Below, one piece after another: positions 12,503 through 26,125 of a stretch of DNA of 64,000 nucleotides (its first letter is position 1; every line of letters begins with the position of its first letter). The notes beneath the pieces were generated by a model that was given only the letters and a program-made list of their open reading frames with translations, was not told the DNA's origin and searched no databases. A program made the translations under genes and the position numbers. The DNA comes from Octopus vulgaris (lineage: Eukaryota), in contig OX597825.1 of NCBI GenBank assembly GCA_951406725.2, forward strand, positions 9,920,001 to 9,984,000, given 5' to 3'.

Positions 12503-12852
12503 TTATGAGTTTGTGTATTTACAAATATGATTATTTGTATATATGTGTGTTTACCTCACGGGAGGAACATAATGTGTATGGTGTTTGTATGTATACACAC
12601 ACACAAGTATGTATATATACACATTATATATATACACACATACACACATATATATGTGCACATTATATATATATGTATGAATGTATGCATCTCAGGAGGA
12701 CCATTAATTCAATAATGTGTGCTTGTTTATAATTAGCATTATGCTAATAATAAACATAATAAACATAATGACCTTCCCAAGATACAGAATCTGTCTCAAC
12801 ATAGAAGTTCATGTTAAGAATCTTGTGAACTAAATACAAAAATAATATATTG

Positions 12853-12906
<54 letters not shown>

Positions 12907-13038
12907 ATATATATATTGATAATTATTATTTGAGGGAATAAAATCCAAACTTACAAGGAAAAAGAATTCAATTTAGAAATATTATATCAAATACCACACA
13001 ATATAATATATATATAAAATATTAGAAAAAAACCCATC

Positions 13039-13314
13039 TTTTATCAATTCAAAATGAATAATTAAATTACACCATCTAGAAAATTCCATATAATAGAAAA
13101 GTTAAAATTAAAATAACAATAAAAAGTAAAGATTAAGTAAATTACAAAAATAATTAAAATGTATATAATAGGTTTTTCTACCTATTATTTACATTTTTAT
13201 TATTTTTGTAATTTACTTAATCTTTACTTTTCATTGTTATTTTAATTTTAACTTTTCTATTATATGGAATTTTCTAGATGGTGTAATTTAATTATTCATT
13301 TTGAATTGATAAAA
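13039..13314. repeat. Near-perfect 125-bp inverted repeat
   Basis: Arms 13039-13163 and 13190-13314 differ at 2 positions. The spacer itself pairs (TAATAGGT/ACCTATTA). Confidence 0.95.
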
Positions 13315-13745
13315 TGTGTTTTTTTAAAATATTTTTTATATATATATATTTAAAAATATATGTATATATGTATAAATGTGTGTTTGTATATATATCTATA
13401 TATATATAATAATTATGATAATAATCTATGGATGAAATTTATAAATATTTTGATGCATCGCTGTGCATGTTTCCACAAATGAAGTGTTTCTTATGATCAT
13501 AGTCCATATTCCTGTGATGATTACAGTATAACCCATCATATTCATAGACAACAGGTGGATCCAACCTGATGAAATGAATGCATGAACTATGATCTACTCA
13601 ATGTCCATGGATACAACACATTGTACTGTTATCATCCAAGGAGTACCATGATTGTAAGAAACATGTGACTAGTGGAAATGCACATACCAATGCATTAATG
13701 TATTAGTAAATTCCATCCATAGAATATGAAGACAAAGAGCACAAT

Positions 13746-13900
13746 TCGATAGTAAGATATTTTATTAGTTGAATGATATTTTAACAGTATGTCTGTCTTT
13801 GTTAAGTTCAAAATAAGAAGCGATAAAAGATATTTTGAATTTGACAAAGACAGACGTACTGTTGAAATATCATTCAACTAATAAAATATTTTACAATCGA
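13746..13900. repeat. 70-bp inverted repeat with a 15-nt loop
   Basis: Arms 13746-13815 and 13831-13900, with 6 differences. Confidence 0.95.
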
Positions 13901-14576
13901 GTCATGCTCTTCATCTTGATTGTTTACCTTTGTGAAGAGTTACATCAATCTTTTTAAAAATATTATTATTATTATCATTATTATTATTACTATATTTATC
14001 TCATGTTATATCTGTACAGCTTGGTGCAGCCTCCCTCCCCCTAATAATTGTAGTATTTCGCCCCATCACTATGTTCTGAGTTCAAATTCCGCTGAGGTTG
14101 TCTTTACCTTTCATCCTTTCAGGGTCAATAAATTAAGTACCAGTCAAGTACTAGGGTCAATATGATCAAGTGTCCCCAGCCCACTAAAATTTCAGGCCTT
14201 GTGCCTATAGTAGAAAGGATTATTATTATTGTTGTTATTGTCGTTGTTGCTGTTATAATTATTATTATTAAAATTAAAGTGGTGAGTGGACAGAATCATT
14301 TGCATGCTGGACGAAATTGAAAGAAGCACAGAGCATCTCAAAATGAATACAGTAACGAAAGGGTTATACACTGGGAACGTGGACAGATTGTTCTGCTTCC
14401 ATCACTGCTAATACATATGCTCTTTTTGATCTTTGCCTTTTCAGAAAAATACCCAACAAATATGTGTCAGAATGTCAACTTGCCATTTTCCCCTTAATCA
14501 AGGAGGATGTTAGGTCAGGTAACCTTCTCCAAGGCAAGGGTGAAGGAACTCAACATAGCTTTTATTTCTGACAAAA

Positions 14577-15000
14577 ATGGCTGAGCTAAGAGTGGAGTGT
14601 ATTAACCCATACATGGCCTTGTAGTAAGGTTAAGGCCTCATACATTTGACCTGTACCAGTATTAATGCACCTCAGTTTGGAATCAAGGTCACTTGCACAA
14701 TGACCTCACATTGCTAAACATAGATGTGGAGGCCCTCAATAAAAGCAGGAACTTTGCAAGGCAAGCACTCATACTCATTTTTGATGACTATGAGATATTC
14801 TCATCTCTTGGTCAATCAAAATCAAGATGTTAAATTGCAGTATTAATCCAGAAATCCTTAGATCTCAAGGTACAAGTTGTCTTCCTGGATCCAGTTAATT
14901 AGGGATCTGAGACTTGAATGATAGTAAAAACGATGCCTTCATACTAGAGAAGGATGGCCTGATTTTTTAAAATCCTCTAATGTATCTGTCTTTTTGGGGA
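14577..15000 (+). mobile_element. Decayed L1/Tx1-type ORF2 start (AP endonuclease)
   Basis: MAELRVECIN...HLHNDLTLLNIDVEALNKSR...IFDDYEIFSSLG...IAVLIQKSLDLKVQVVFLDP resembles the N-terminal APE blocks; it is interrupted by stops. Confidence 0.5.
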
Positions 15001-15628
15001 TATTCCTTGAGGGAGATTTGACTACTATCTCTTGCCAGTTAATAATTATGTTAATTGCATCAGTGTTTATATAGGCAAAGTTTATTTTGGAGAGAAGCAG
15101 TCAATTATTCTTTAACAATCTTCCCCTAGTCTCCACTCACAGTTGGTTTCCTATTTATAGATAATTTCTAATAATCAAAAATTTCTCCCTCTATCTCTAC
15201 TTTCACTTTCTATCTCATATCATTGCTTTTTATAAATTTCTCCCTTACATTTCATGTTTTCCCAAATTATTCATAATAACCTTGTAAATTTTCCCACTTT
15301 TTATTTCTTTAATGCTACAGTTATGATTTTAAGGCAATTTTACTAATTGCAGTTCTCAATTCTGCTTTCTAATTACATTAAATATAACTCACCAATGTTT
15401 ATTTTTATTTGTTATATTCTAAACACAATTGTTATTTAGTTTCATGTCCCATTTTTAAAAAAAATTCTTTTAGAAACATATTTGATTTAATATCCTTTTA
15501 TCCTTTTACTTGTTGAACTTTGGTCAGACTAAGGAATTACGTTTAAGGTTTTCAGCCAATCACATTGTATCCAGTATTTATTGCAGATCATTACTTATTT
15601 CATAGATCACTGTTTATTCAATGTCTAT

Positions 15629-15890
15629 ATCATCATCATCATTGTTCGACTGTGGTCGAGACAATGGAATTTACTATGCAACGCCAGACTTCACAGTCCA
15701 TCATAGCATTACGGAGGTCCTGTTGCTGGATGCCTGTATCCCTGGAGATTACATCAGGGTAGGAGAGTGTGCATCCTCTGGTATCATGAGTAGATGGCTT
15801 CCAGAGGCGAAGAGTAGAAATTGCCTCGTTTTCAGCTCTACAACAATGTCCAGCAAACTGGACTCTTCTACCTTTCACAAGGGATGTCTA
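15629..15890 (-). mobile_element. RTE-clade LINE 3' end
   Basis: RRVQFAGHCCR...LWKP...SYPDVISRDTG...AMMDCEVWR, then a stop and a (GAT)n tail. Confidence 0.75.
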
Positions 15891-16103
15891 TATACTTTCT
15901 CTCTACCGACTTTTACTTTGGTCTGGCCAAAGTTGGATAAAAGTTATTGGTCAAGCGGTATTAATCAGACCACATATAGGATGAAAGCAGAAACTACATA
16001 GTTACAAAGTTAACTTATCAACCATTTTCCCATACCTTCACTGACACTTCACCATACATCAGTATTTCACAAAGTTCATAGAGAAACCAAGACTATTATT
16101 ATA

Positions 16104-16655
16104 CTGGGTTGTCCAGAAAGTTTATTCTGATTTTTAAAAGAAAGAAAAAGGTCAATAAATACTTGCCATAACATTTTTAATTAACCAACTATGAACCATT
16201 TTGTTGCACAATGCGTCTCCATCTTTCCTTTAACTTGAAAATACCCTCTTCCCAGAATTGAGGTGGTTTCATAGCAAAGAATTCATCAAGGTATCTTTTT
16301 ACGTCATCCAAGGAATTGAAATTTTTACCATTATTCTGCAGAGAAGTGGAAATCTGAAGGAGCAATATCTGGTGAATATGGAGGGTGGGGTAATACATCC
16401 CAGCCGAGCTGCAGCAATTTTTGTCTGGTTCTCGAAGCATCAAGTGCCGAAAATGAACTTTCTTATCTTCCATTTTCAAGGGTTACAAAATTAACAGAAG
16501 TTATAGGAACATAAATCTTCTTCCACGAAAAGATAGCTTAAACTGTGCTCTAAATGGAGGTGTAGTCAAATCCTATTTTATGGACTCAACCATGTTCTAA
16601 AATAAGTCGAAAGGTAAGCTACTATAAATCGACACGAACTTTCCGGACAACCCAA
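16104..16655 (-). mobile_element. Internally deleted mariner with both TIRs and TA target duplications
   Basis: TA-CTGGGTTGTCCAGAAAGTT ... AACTTTCCGGACAACCCAA-TA. N-terminal MEDKKVHFRHLML is joined to WDVLPHPPYSPDIAPSDFH and FWEEGIFKLKERWRRIVQQNG. Confidence 0.9.
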
Positions 16656-17134
16656 TAACTTGTGGCACACACATATGATGAGTTGATGTAATTTCCAAAG
16701 AAGCTGAGCTTACAGCATAGTTTGCAAGTCTCTGCCATAAGTCTTTTATTTCCTTCATAATATAAATACGGTTGAGAAAAAGCTGAATGTCCTTCATTCT
16801 TTATCTCGTTTCCTCTTTCCTGCAAAAACAAGGCCTTGTGCCTATGTGGCATATTTCATCAATCTTAAATGTTGATATCCAATATGGACAGGCCGGAGCT
16901 GGATGTTGGCAGCTAGATATGAAGAACCTCCTGAATGTTGATAAACAGGATGCGGATGAATTGAATGCTGATGGTTTGAATATCTACATCGAAAAATATC
17001 AATATCCTAAACGTCAATAAAGAAAATGTGGATATCCAGAATGTCGATATCCTCAATGTTGACATTCTAAATACTGATATGCTGAATATCAGTATTAATA
17101 TCTTAACTGCTGATTATCTAAACTACCACAACAG

Positions 17135-17187
17135 ATACTACTACTACTACTACTACTACTACCATCACCACCACCACCATCACCACC

Positions 17188-17219
<32 letters not shown>

Positions 17220-17295
17220 CACCACCACCACCACCACCACCACAACTACTACCACCACCACCACCACCACTACTACTACAACTACAACTACCACC

Positions 17296-17327
<32 letters not shown>

Positions 17328-17358
17328 CACCACCACCACCACCACCACCACCACCACC

Positions 17359-17392
<34 letters not shown>

Positions 17393-17410
17393 TTCCCACC
17401 GCCACCACAA
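17135..17410. repeat. Compound (TAC)n/(CAC)n microsatellite
   Basis: Read directly from the sequence. Confidence 0.95.
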
Positions 17411-17472
17411 CCTTCTGCTATTCAGCTCTCTTGACAGTTTCCTACAACTATATATGTCTGTGTGTGTGTATG

Positions 17473-17532
<60 letters not shown>

Positions 17533-17674
17533 CAAAATAAGCAACAAGGATATCCAAGGTAGTCGTTGCTTATTTTGATTATAATCACCCCATTTGATTT
17601 ATATGGATAATACCATACCTAATTCTGGTGCCTTTAACCTAAGTACCATATTCATCTGAATCTAAATTTTGCAC

Positions 17675-17720
<46 letters not shown>

Positions 17721-19339
17721 ATAGATGTATGTACGTATGTATGGATGTATGTATGTAAGTATATATGTATATATTATACAGTATTTAATGCATACTACTA
17801 CATCAACTACTAAATGACATTACTCACCCCCACACATTCCTATAACATTGATAGCACGGATGGCTGAGTCTGTTTGGTGCCAGACAATTAGCTATGGAAA
17901 CCAGTGGTTTAAATTCATATTCATCACTGCATTGTGCTCCTGGCTGATTCCCTCTCAAAACAGCTCACTTCATCATCATCATCGTACTTTAACATCTGTC
18001 TTCCATGCTGGCATGGGTCAGACAGTTTGACTAGAGCTGGTAAACCATGGAGCTGCACCAGGTTCCAGCTTGATTTGGCTTGGTTTCTATGGCTAGATGC
18101 CCTTCCTAGCACCAACTACTTCAGAGTTCTGGTTTAGAAACACCCAGAATACCCAGTGTTCTGGGTGCTTCTAATGTCGCACTGACATGAGCTCCTTTAT
18201 GAAACAGTGGCACAAGTGCTTTTTATGCAGGGCTGACACAGTACTTTGCTGGTGGCCAATCCTCTTCACCAGGGTGAGTGGCCTTAAAATTTCTGCTGTG
18301 AAGGACAAGTCTTCTTGAGTGCAACAATGTGCTGAGTATCTAATCTGAAAGGTTCAACACCCTGAGGTTGTCCTTCCCTTTATTATAAATCAACACCACC
18401 AAACAGAAATGACTTTCTACTACTTTCTAGTGAGACATTGCATGATTGACATGTGCTAAATTAATTTACAGGGCTGAGGTAGTTTACAGGGCTGGGGTAG
18501 CTTATGGGGCTATGTTAGCTTAGAGTACAATGTTCAATTTTTCATGTGGGGGAGCTGGCAGAAACATTAGCAGGCCAGGTGAAATACTTAGTGGTATTTC
18601 ATTTGCCATTACGTCCTGAGTTCAAATTCTGCTGAGGTCGACTTTGCCTTTCATCCTTTCAAGGTTGATTAAATATTTACTAGTTACGCACTGATACACA
18701 TAGGAATTGAACCCAGAAATCCTATGAATGGAAAGCGAACTTTTTAATCCACATGTCTATTCCTGTGCTCCAGATACTTCATAGCAACATTGAAATCTTC
18801 TCCAATATAATCTAAATATGAAGATATGGTCGAAGATATAAGTGAGAGTTGATTAGTAATATTTGATTATCCTGTTGCTGGCTGTGAGTTTCTATCTACT
18901 GCAGACATCAAGTTGTGTTTCTGGGGAAAAATATTGGATTTTATGTGCTTCACTTCCTTTAACTGTTGGAAATAGGTGCCAGGCCTTTATAGAAATGTTA
19001 TTTCTGATGGCCGACATTCTATTTATTACCTACCTTTCAAACATAAAATTCTCCAGAATTAATCCCTGCTTTCTGAAAATGTGAGAAATGGAAATAGTCA
19101 ATTAGAGAAACTGTAGTCACCTGTTCAAGAATTTTCAATTAGATCTTCTGAAAAAGCTATTTATCTTTCTGCATTGCCAGCACAGGTATATAGAACTTAA
19201 ATCCGCTGCAGTATTTTGTTGTGTAGCTGGGTTAAGATTAATGTAAAAAATAAATAATGCTGAAGCAAAGTAACACCAAATATATAGTGCATGTGTTTTT
19301 ATTGGCTAAACTGGCAAAATGACCATTCCTAAATACAAC

Positions 19340-19815
19340 AAAATTTTACATGAATTGACCTCTCCTCATCACGTAAGATTTGTATCTGGTGTATTCATGC
19401 ACAACATTTCTGATTGTTTTTTTCTGACACACAAAATGTTTTTGCAATTGACCTCATTGATTTTTTGGATTGTCTCCAATGTTTGGCTTCACTTCTTGAA
19501 TAAATTCAGGTGTCCTAATAGAATCAGAACATTTGGAATGTGTTTAACATTGTTATACAGGTAATACACTTCCATCTTCTTTCTCTGATTCACACCAAAT
19601 TTTGTGGACAAAAGATCTTGCAACTTCCAGAAAACGAAAAATTTCTAAATCACCATGCTTAGCCTTCAAAGCCACAATTACAGTGTGCATTTTCATTTGA
19701 TTAGTAAACATAGGGTCTGTCGTTGTTATTTTCTGAAATAGAAGTTCAATAAAAATTATTCAAATAAAATAATGACTAAAAGTGCACGTGTCCTCAAATA
19801 CTGTCCTCACCATGT
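19340..19815 (-). mobile_element. Tc1/mariner (maT/DD37D-like) 5' fragment
   Basis: The minus-strand end reads TACATGGTGAGGACAG. Translation MKMHTVIVALKAKHGDLEIFRFLEVARSFVHKI...SDSIRTPEFIQEV resembles the HTH N-terminus of these transposases. Confidence 0.55.
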
Positions 19816-19821
19816 ATATAT

Positions 19822-20356
<535 letters not shown>

Positions 20357-20358
20357 CA

Positions 20359-21433
20359 AAGGCCTCTCGCACAGAGTGAAAGGCAGACTGTATGATGCGT
20401 GTGTACGAACAGCCATGCTACATGGCAGTGAAACATGGGCCGTGACTGCTGAGGATATGCGTAAGCTCGCTAGAAATGAAGCCAGTATGCTCCGATGGAT
20501 GTGTAATGCCGGTACTCACACTCGGCAGAGTGTAAGTACCTTGAGAGAAAAGCTGGACCTAAGAAGCATCAGTTGTGGTGTGCAAGAGAGACGTTTGCGC
20601 TGGTATGGTCATGTGGCGAGAATGGATGAAGATAGTTGTGTGAAAAAGTGCCACACCCTAGCGGTTGAGGGAACCTGTGGAAGAGGCAGACCCAGGAAAA
20701 CCTGGGACGAGGTGGTGAAGCACGACCTTCGAACTTTAGGTCTCACTGAGGAAATGACTAGAGACCGAGACCTCTGGAAGTGTGCTGTGCGCGAGAAGAC
20801 CCGGCAGGACAAGTGAGTCCATAACCCGTGGCCTTCTACATGGGATGGAGCCGGCCTACGTATGCATACCTTCCCTTCTTGGGACACAAAACTCTACTTG
20901 TGAAGACGTGTTGAGGCAAGTGAGGATCAGAATCGAAATCGATCAATGGAAATTGCGGATGTGCTACCAGTGCCGGTGGCATGTCAAAACTCTGCTTGTG
21001 AAGACCCGTTGAGGCAAGTGAGGATCAGAATCGATATCGATCAATGGAAATCGATCAATGGAAATTGCAGATGTGTTACCAGTGCCGGTGGCATGTAAGA
21101 GAACTTTCCGTTTCGCGACCGTTGCCAGCACCGCCCCATTTCGTGTCCGTTGCCAGCCTCGCCTGGCCCTCGTGCCGGTGGCACATAAAAAGCACCATCC
21201 GTTCGTGGCCGTTTGCCAGCTCTGTCTGGCACCAGTGCGGGTGGCACGTAAAAAGCACCCACTACACTCACGGAGTGGTTGGCGTTAGGAAGGGCATCCA
21301 GCCGTAGAAACACTGCCAGATTTGACTGGGCCTGATGAAGCCTTCTGGCTTCACAGACCCCAGTAGAACCGTCCAACCCATGCTAGCATGGAAAACGGAC
21401 GCTAAACGATGATGATGATGATGATGATGATGA
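20359..21433 (+). mobile_element. 5'-truncated RTE LINE (ORF C-terminus, 3' UTR, (GAT)n tail)
   Basis: KGRLYDACVRTAMLHGSETW...RRLRWYGHVARM...GRGRPRKTW, with the stop at 20816. Tail-only copies lie at 17970-18125, 23645-24005, 33463-33630 and 41308-41590 (all -) and 40430-40477 (+). Confidence 0.92.
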
Positions 21434-22264
21434 TATAATATAAATTAGAGATAAAACGACTGTTATACAACTCAGATAGTGGATTATTCATTTTTATACT
21501 TTTTGAGATCTAGTTATATGTTTTATAAAAATATATTTTATTTGTTATTTATGTATTGGTTTATGTCTATCACAGTTTGAGTTGCATAATAGTGGTTTTA
21601 TATATCGAATTTATATTTTATATATTTATATTGTGAAATTTGATTTACTACTAAATTGAATTTTTCCCTGTAAGTTTAGAGTTATACTCCCTAATATTAT
21701 ATCTTTCCTTCCTCCCCCTCTACCCCTCTCTCACTCACCCCTATCTCTCACCATCTCTCACACCTCTCTCTCCTTCTGTCTTTCTGCCTGTCTTCTCTCT
21801 CTCTCTGTATATATTTATATATATGTGTGTGTGTGTAAGTATGTATATATATATGTACACACACACACACACACACAAGATGATTAGAAAATGTATGAGG
21901 CCCACTTCCAAAATATATTTAAAACAAAGAAACTGAAAGAATAAAACACATAAAACTCCGATCGAGTTGAGCTGCTATATTTACTGAAGAAAAGAACATT
22001 TTCTGAAATAGAACAGGAAATCCAATGGTTCGTTGATGGTGAAAGCTTGCAAAGAATTGTGGGATTATAGAAGTGTGGAATTGATGGTGGAGCTACTGAC
22101 AGGAAACAGTTCTCTGAGTTAGGAGCAAAAAAAGGAAAGCTTTTCATCAGATGATAAAACAGTAATGGCAGTGATGACGATGATGGTGATGATGATGATG
22201 ATGAGGATGATAATGATGGTGGTGGTGGTGGTGGTGGTGATGATGATGATGATGATAGTGATGA

Positions 22265-22298
<34 letters not shown>

Positions 22299-22947
22299 GG
22301 TGGTGATTATGATAGTGATGGCACTGGTAGTAATGATGGTGATGGGGGCGAGCATTAGGATAATCGTTCGCATCAGGATTATCATGATGGTCATAATGAT
22401 GGTTTTTATATAGCCCTTCTCATCCTCCTCCTCCACCTCATCATCATCATCATCACCATCTCCTTCATGATCATGATCATGATCATCATCATGATCATCA
22501 TCATCATCATCATCATCACCCTCACTATCATGATCATCATTGTCATTATCATGATCATCATCTTCCTACTTTACTTCCTCCTCCTCCTCATCACTATCAT
22601 CCACACCATCATCATCTTCATCACCATTGTCATCGTTGTCATCATCATCACTATCATCGTCTAAGCCTAACCACCACCACCATCATCATCCTCATCATCA
22701 TCCTTCTCCTCCTCCTCCTCCTCATCATCATCATCATCATCATCATCATCGTTATCATCATCAACATAATCATCGTTGTCACCCCCACCCTCCCCATCAT
22801 CATCATCATCGTTAGCATCTATAATGAAAACATCATGAGGATCCGGGAAGAAGAAGCTATCTTCAAAGCTGTCAGTTGTTAGACAAAGTTAAGCTAAGCT
22901 GTGCTACAAAGCATAATGTTTTGAGTTCTTCAGCCTTGATCTGAGTA

Positions 22948-23000
<53 letters not shown>

Positions 23001-24241
23001 TGCATGCATGATTATACAGACATACACACTCAGAGGGCCATATATATAAACGCACAACCTCAAAATCTATTTGTTTTTTGGGTTGGAAGTCTGCTATCTT
23101 GCACTAAAAACTGTGTTCAAAACCAACGAGCTGGCAAACCTGATTAGCATCACACCATCTTGGATGATGTAGCAGCCCAAGTTACAGTAAAATATGAAAT
23201 AATCACTACTGACACATCTTTGGTTATGGGTCAGCCTGATCAAGATTGGCCTAGGGCTAAACAACAACGGCAGTGGTCAGTGTTCTGTTTTGGAGAGACA
23301 CAAAGGTGTCTAACACACAGGTAAACACTTCTGGGAGTGAAGTTGAAAGTTGCCTGAAATTATTAAAAAATAACATGGTAGTATACAACGAGCTTCTTTC
23401 AGTTTCCATCTACCAAATCTATGGCTATAGTAGAAGACACATGGTCGAGTGTTTTCTACTATAGCCTCGGGCCAACCAAAGCCTTGTGAGTGGATTTGGT
23501 AGACAGAAACTGAAAGAAACCTGTTGTGTGTGTGTGCGTATATATATATATATATATATACGACGGGCTTCTTTCAGTTTCTGTCTACCCAATCCACTCA
23601 CAAGGCGTTTGTCGGCGTCGGAGGCTATGTTATATATATACGTATCATCATCATCATCGTTTAACATCTGCTTTCCATGCTGGCATGGCTTGATTGAGGA
23701 CTGGTGAGCCAGAGGCTGCACCAGGCTCAATCTGATCTGGCAAAGTTTCTACAGCTGGATGCCCTTCCTAACGCCAACAACTTCGAGAGTGTAGTGGGTG
23801 CTTTTACGTGCCACCGGCATGAGGGCCAGTCAGGCGGTTCTGGCAATGACCACGCCCAAAATGTGTTTTTATGTGCTACCTGCATGGGAGTCAGTCCAGC
23901 AGTACATGTGCCGGTAAGGCAATACTGGCAATGATCACATTCGAATGGTGCTTTTCCCATGTCACTTGCAAGGGAGCCAATTGGTGACCCTGGCAACGAT
24001 CACATGTGTTTTCGGTGCGAATGGTTTTTTTTATACGGTGCCATTTTTAAAATCCTGTAAATAATAATAATAATGGTATTTTTATATAAGCTTACAGTGA
24101 TCACGGTGCAATGACTAAGGAAAATTATCTAACAACGGGGTATATAAGCCCTTGACAGAAAAAAGAAGGCCTTCAAATCCGACAGAATAAGATAACAAAT
24201 CCAAGGCTGTGAGGAGATTTCAGGACATATATAATAAAATA

Positions 24242-24289
24242 GTCTTACAGCTGTTTCTGGGATATTATAGATATCCCTTCATCAGAGAC
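24242..24289 (-). ncRNA. Minimal type-I hammerhead ribozyme (Penelope type), core intact
   Basis: GTCT-CTGATGA-A-GGGATAT-ctata-ATATCCC-A-GAAAC-agct-GTA-AGAC: stem I 4 bp, stem II 7 bp, palindromic ACAGCTGT and a GUA cleavage triplet. Confidence 0.8.
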
Positions 24290-24642
24290 AATGTGAGAAA
24301 ATATTTGAGTTTGAATTATTGTAGAAAAGACAGGGAATATAGTAGGAAATAAGAGAATGAAAGTAGAAATAAGATATATAAGGATATTGTAGTTGCAGTT
24401 CCATTATTAGAGAAAAATGGTGTACAGAAGTAGTAAAACAGTTTCCTGTACATGGTGTGTAAGTTTCAATAGTTTTTTTATCTTTTTAAATATAATTTTA
24501 TTTTTGGATAGAGTATTGTGTTTTCTTTTCCTTTTATGCAAACTGTCAAATTTAACCCAAACACCCTATAAATCTGACATTTGACAACTCTATATCCCAA
24601 GAATATATGGGGATAAGCATCTAATGACTACCATGGTGCTGT

Positions 24643-24870
24643 TTAACCCTTTTGTTGCTGTATTTATTTTGGGATGCTCTGTGTTTCGTTCAATTACTTT
24701 AAATATAACAAAGAATTTAGTAAAATAACTTAGTTATCATTCAGCCAATGTTAGGAACATAAATTGTGACTAAGGTTTGGTGGAAGATTTTAATTCAAAA
24801 CTTATGAAAACAAGACATTTGTACTCAGAGCCAGAGTCAATTTCAGCCAGATTGGTATCAGAAGGGTTAA
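24643..24870. mobile_element. piggyBac-like MITE
   Basis: TTAACCCTTT...GAAGGGTTAA; same family as 9553-10270. Confidence 0.8.
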
Positions 24871-25662
24871 GAATTCACTTTCCAATGTTGCTCACTGTTT
24901 TTTCTGCATAGGAAAGGGTTTTTAATAAACGTTTGTTGACTGTGATCATATTAAACATGGTAAATTGATTAAAAATCGATTATCACCATAGCAATAATAT
25001 TCTCCAAAGAAATTTGATAAAATTTCTGACAACTAAAATCTAAATCTAAAACAGTGATTTAATTATTGAGTTAAAGACAATATGGCAATTAAAATATGTA
25101 TCTATTACCCCTTTAGTAATTAGTTAAACTGGAACTATTTCTATAAGTTTTTCAATAGATTACCTACAAGGATAAACATAGCCATGTCCCAAAATCAGCA
25201 AGGTGCAGTGTGTGAAAACTTAACCCTTCCAATTATTGGTATAGTCCATGTGATAGATTTTTACAATCTTTGTGGAGAACCGGTCAGAGTTCTTCCCATT
25301 CATCAACATGCAGCTCTTGGAACTACTATAGAACCATGGGAGGCGCAATGAGCTTGAGAAATTTCCAGAGGGATCTGGAAATGGTATCATTTGCTCCCGG
25401 TCTTCCATGAAAACGTGTCTTGTCTTGGGGATATATTACCTTGATGAGAAACAGGTGAGGGTTGGTGAAAAGAGGGGTAATTGGCTGTAGGAAAATCTAC
25501 CTAAATAAATTCTGTCTGACCTAAAAAAACTATGGAAAAGTGGACATTAAGATAACAATGATGGCGATGACGACAACAATGACAACAATGATGATGATGA
25601 TGGTGATGACAATGGTGGTGATGATGATGATGATGACGATGACGACGATGGTGATGACGATA

Positions 25663-25893
25663 GGGCAGTGAGCTGGCAAGATCGTTAGCACGCCGGGCGA
25701 AATGTTTAGAGGTATTTTGTCTGCCGTTACGTTCTGAGTTCGAATTCCGCCAAGGTCGACTTTGCCTTTCATCCTTTCGGGGTCGATTAAATAAGTACCA
25801 GTTACGCACTGGGGTCGATATAATCGACTTAATCTGTTTGTATGTCTTTGTTTGTCCCCTCTGTGTTTCGCCCCTTGTGGGTAGTAAAGAAAT
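25663..25893 (+). mobile_element. SINE family B, near full length
   Basis: GGCAGTGAGCTGGCAAGATCGTTAGC...GAGTTCGAATTCC...GCCTTTCATCCTTTCGGGGTCGAT...TAAAGAAATA. Confidence 0.8.
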
Positions 25894-25932
25894 AGATGGT
25901 GATGATGGTGGTGGTGGTGGTGGTGGTGGTGG

Positions 25933-25979
<47 letters not shown>

Positions 25980-25983
25980 TGTC

Positions 25984-26032
<49 letters not shown>

Positions 26033-26093
26033 ATGATTATGATGATGATGTCGATGATGATGACGATGATGATGATTATGATGATGATGATGG

Positions 26094-26125
<32 letters not shown>

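Noticed and set aside
13514-13569. C/D snoRNA (GTGATGA...CTGA) or hammerhead at 13566
   Set aside because: There is no terminal stem or recognisable guide, and the GAAA/NUH half of a hammerhead is missing.
14445-14518. + strand coding exon
   Set aside because: The acceptor is good, but the segment abuts the decayed L1/Tx1 ORF2 start and shows no recognisable homology.
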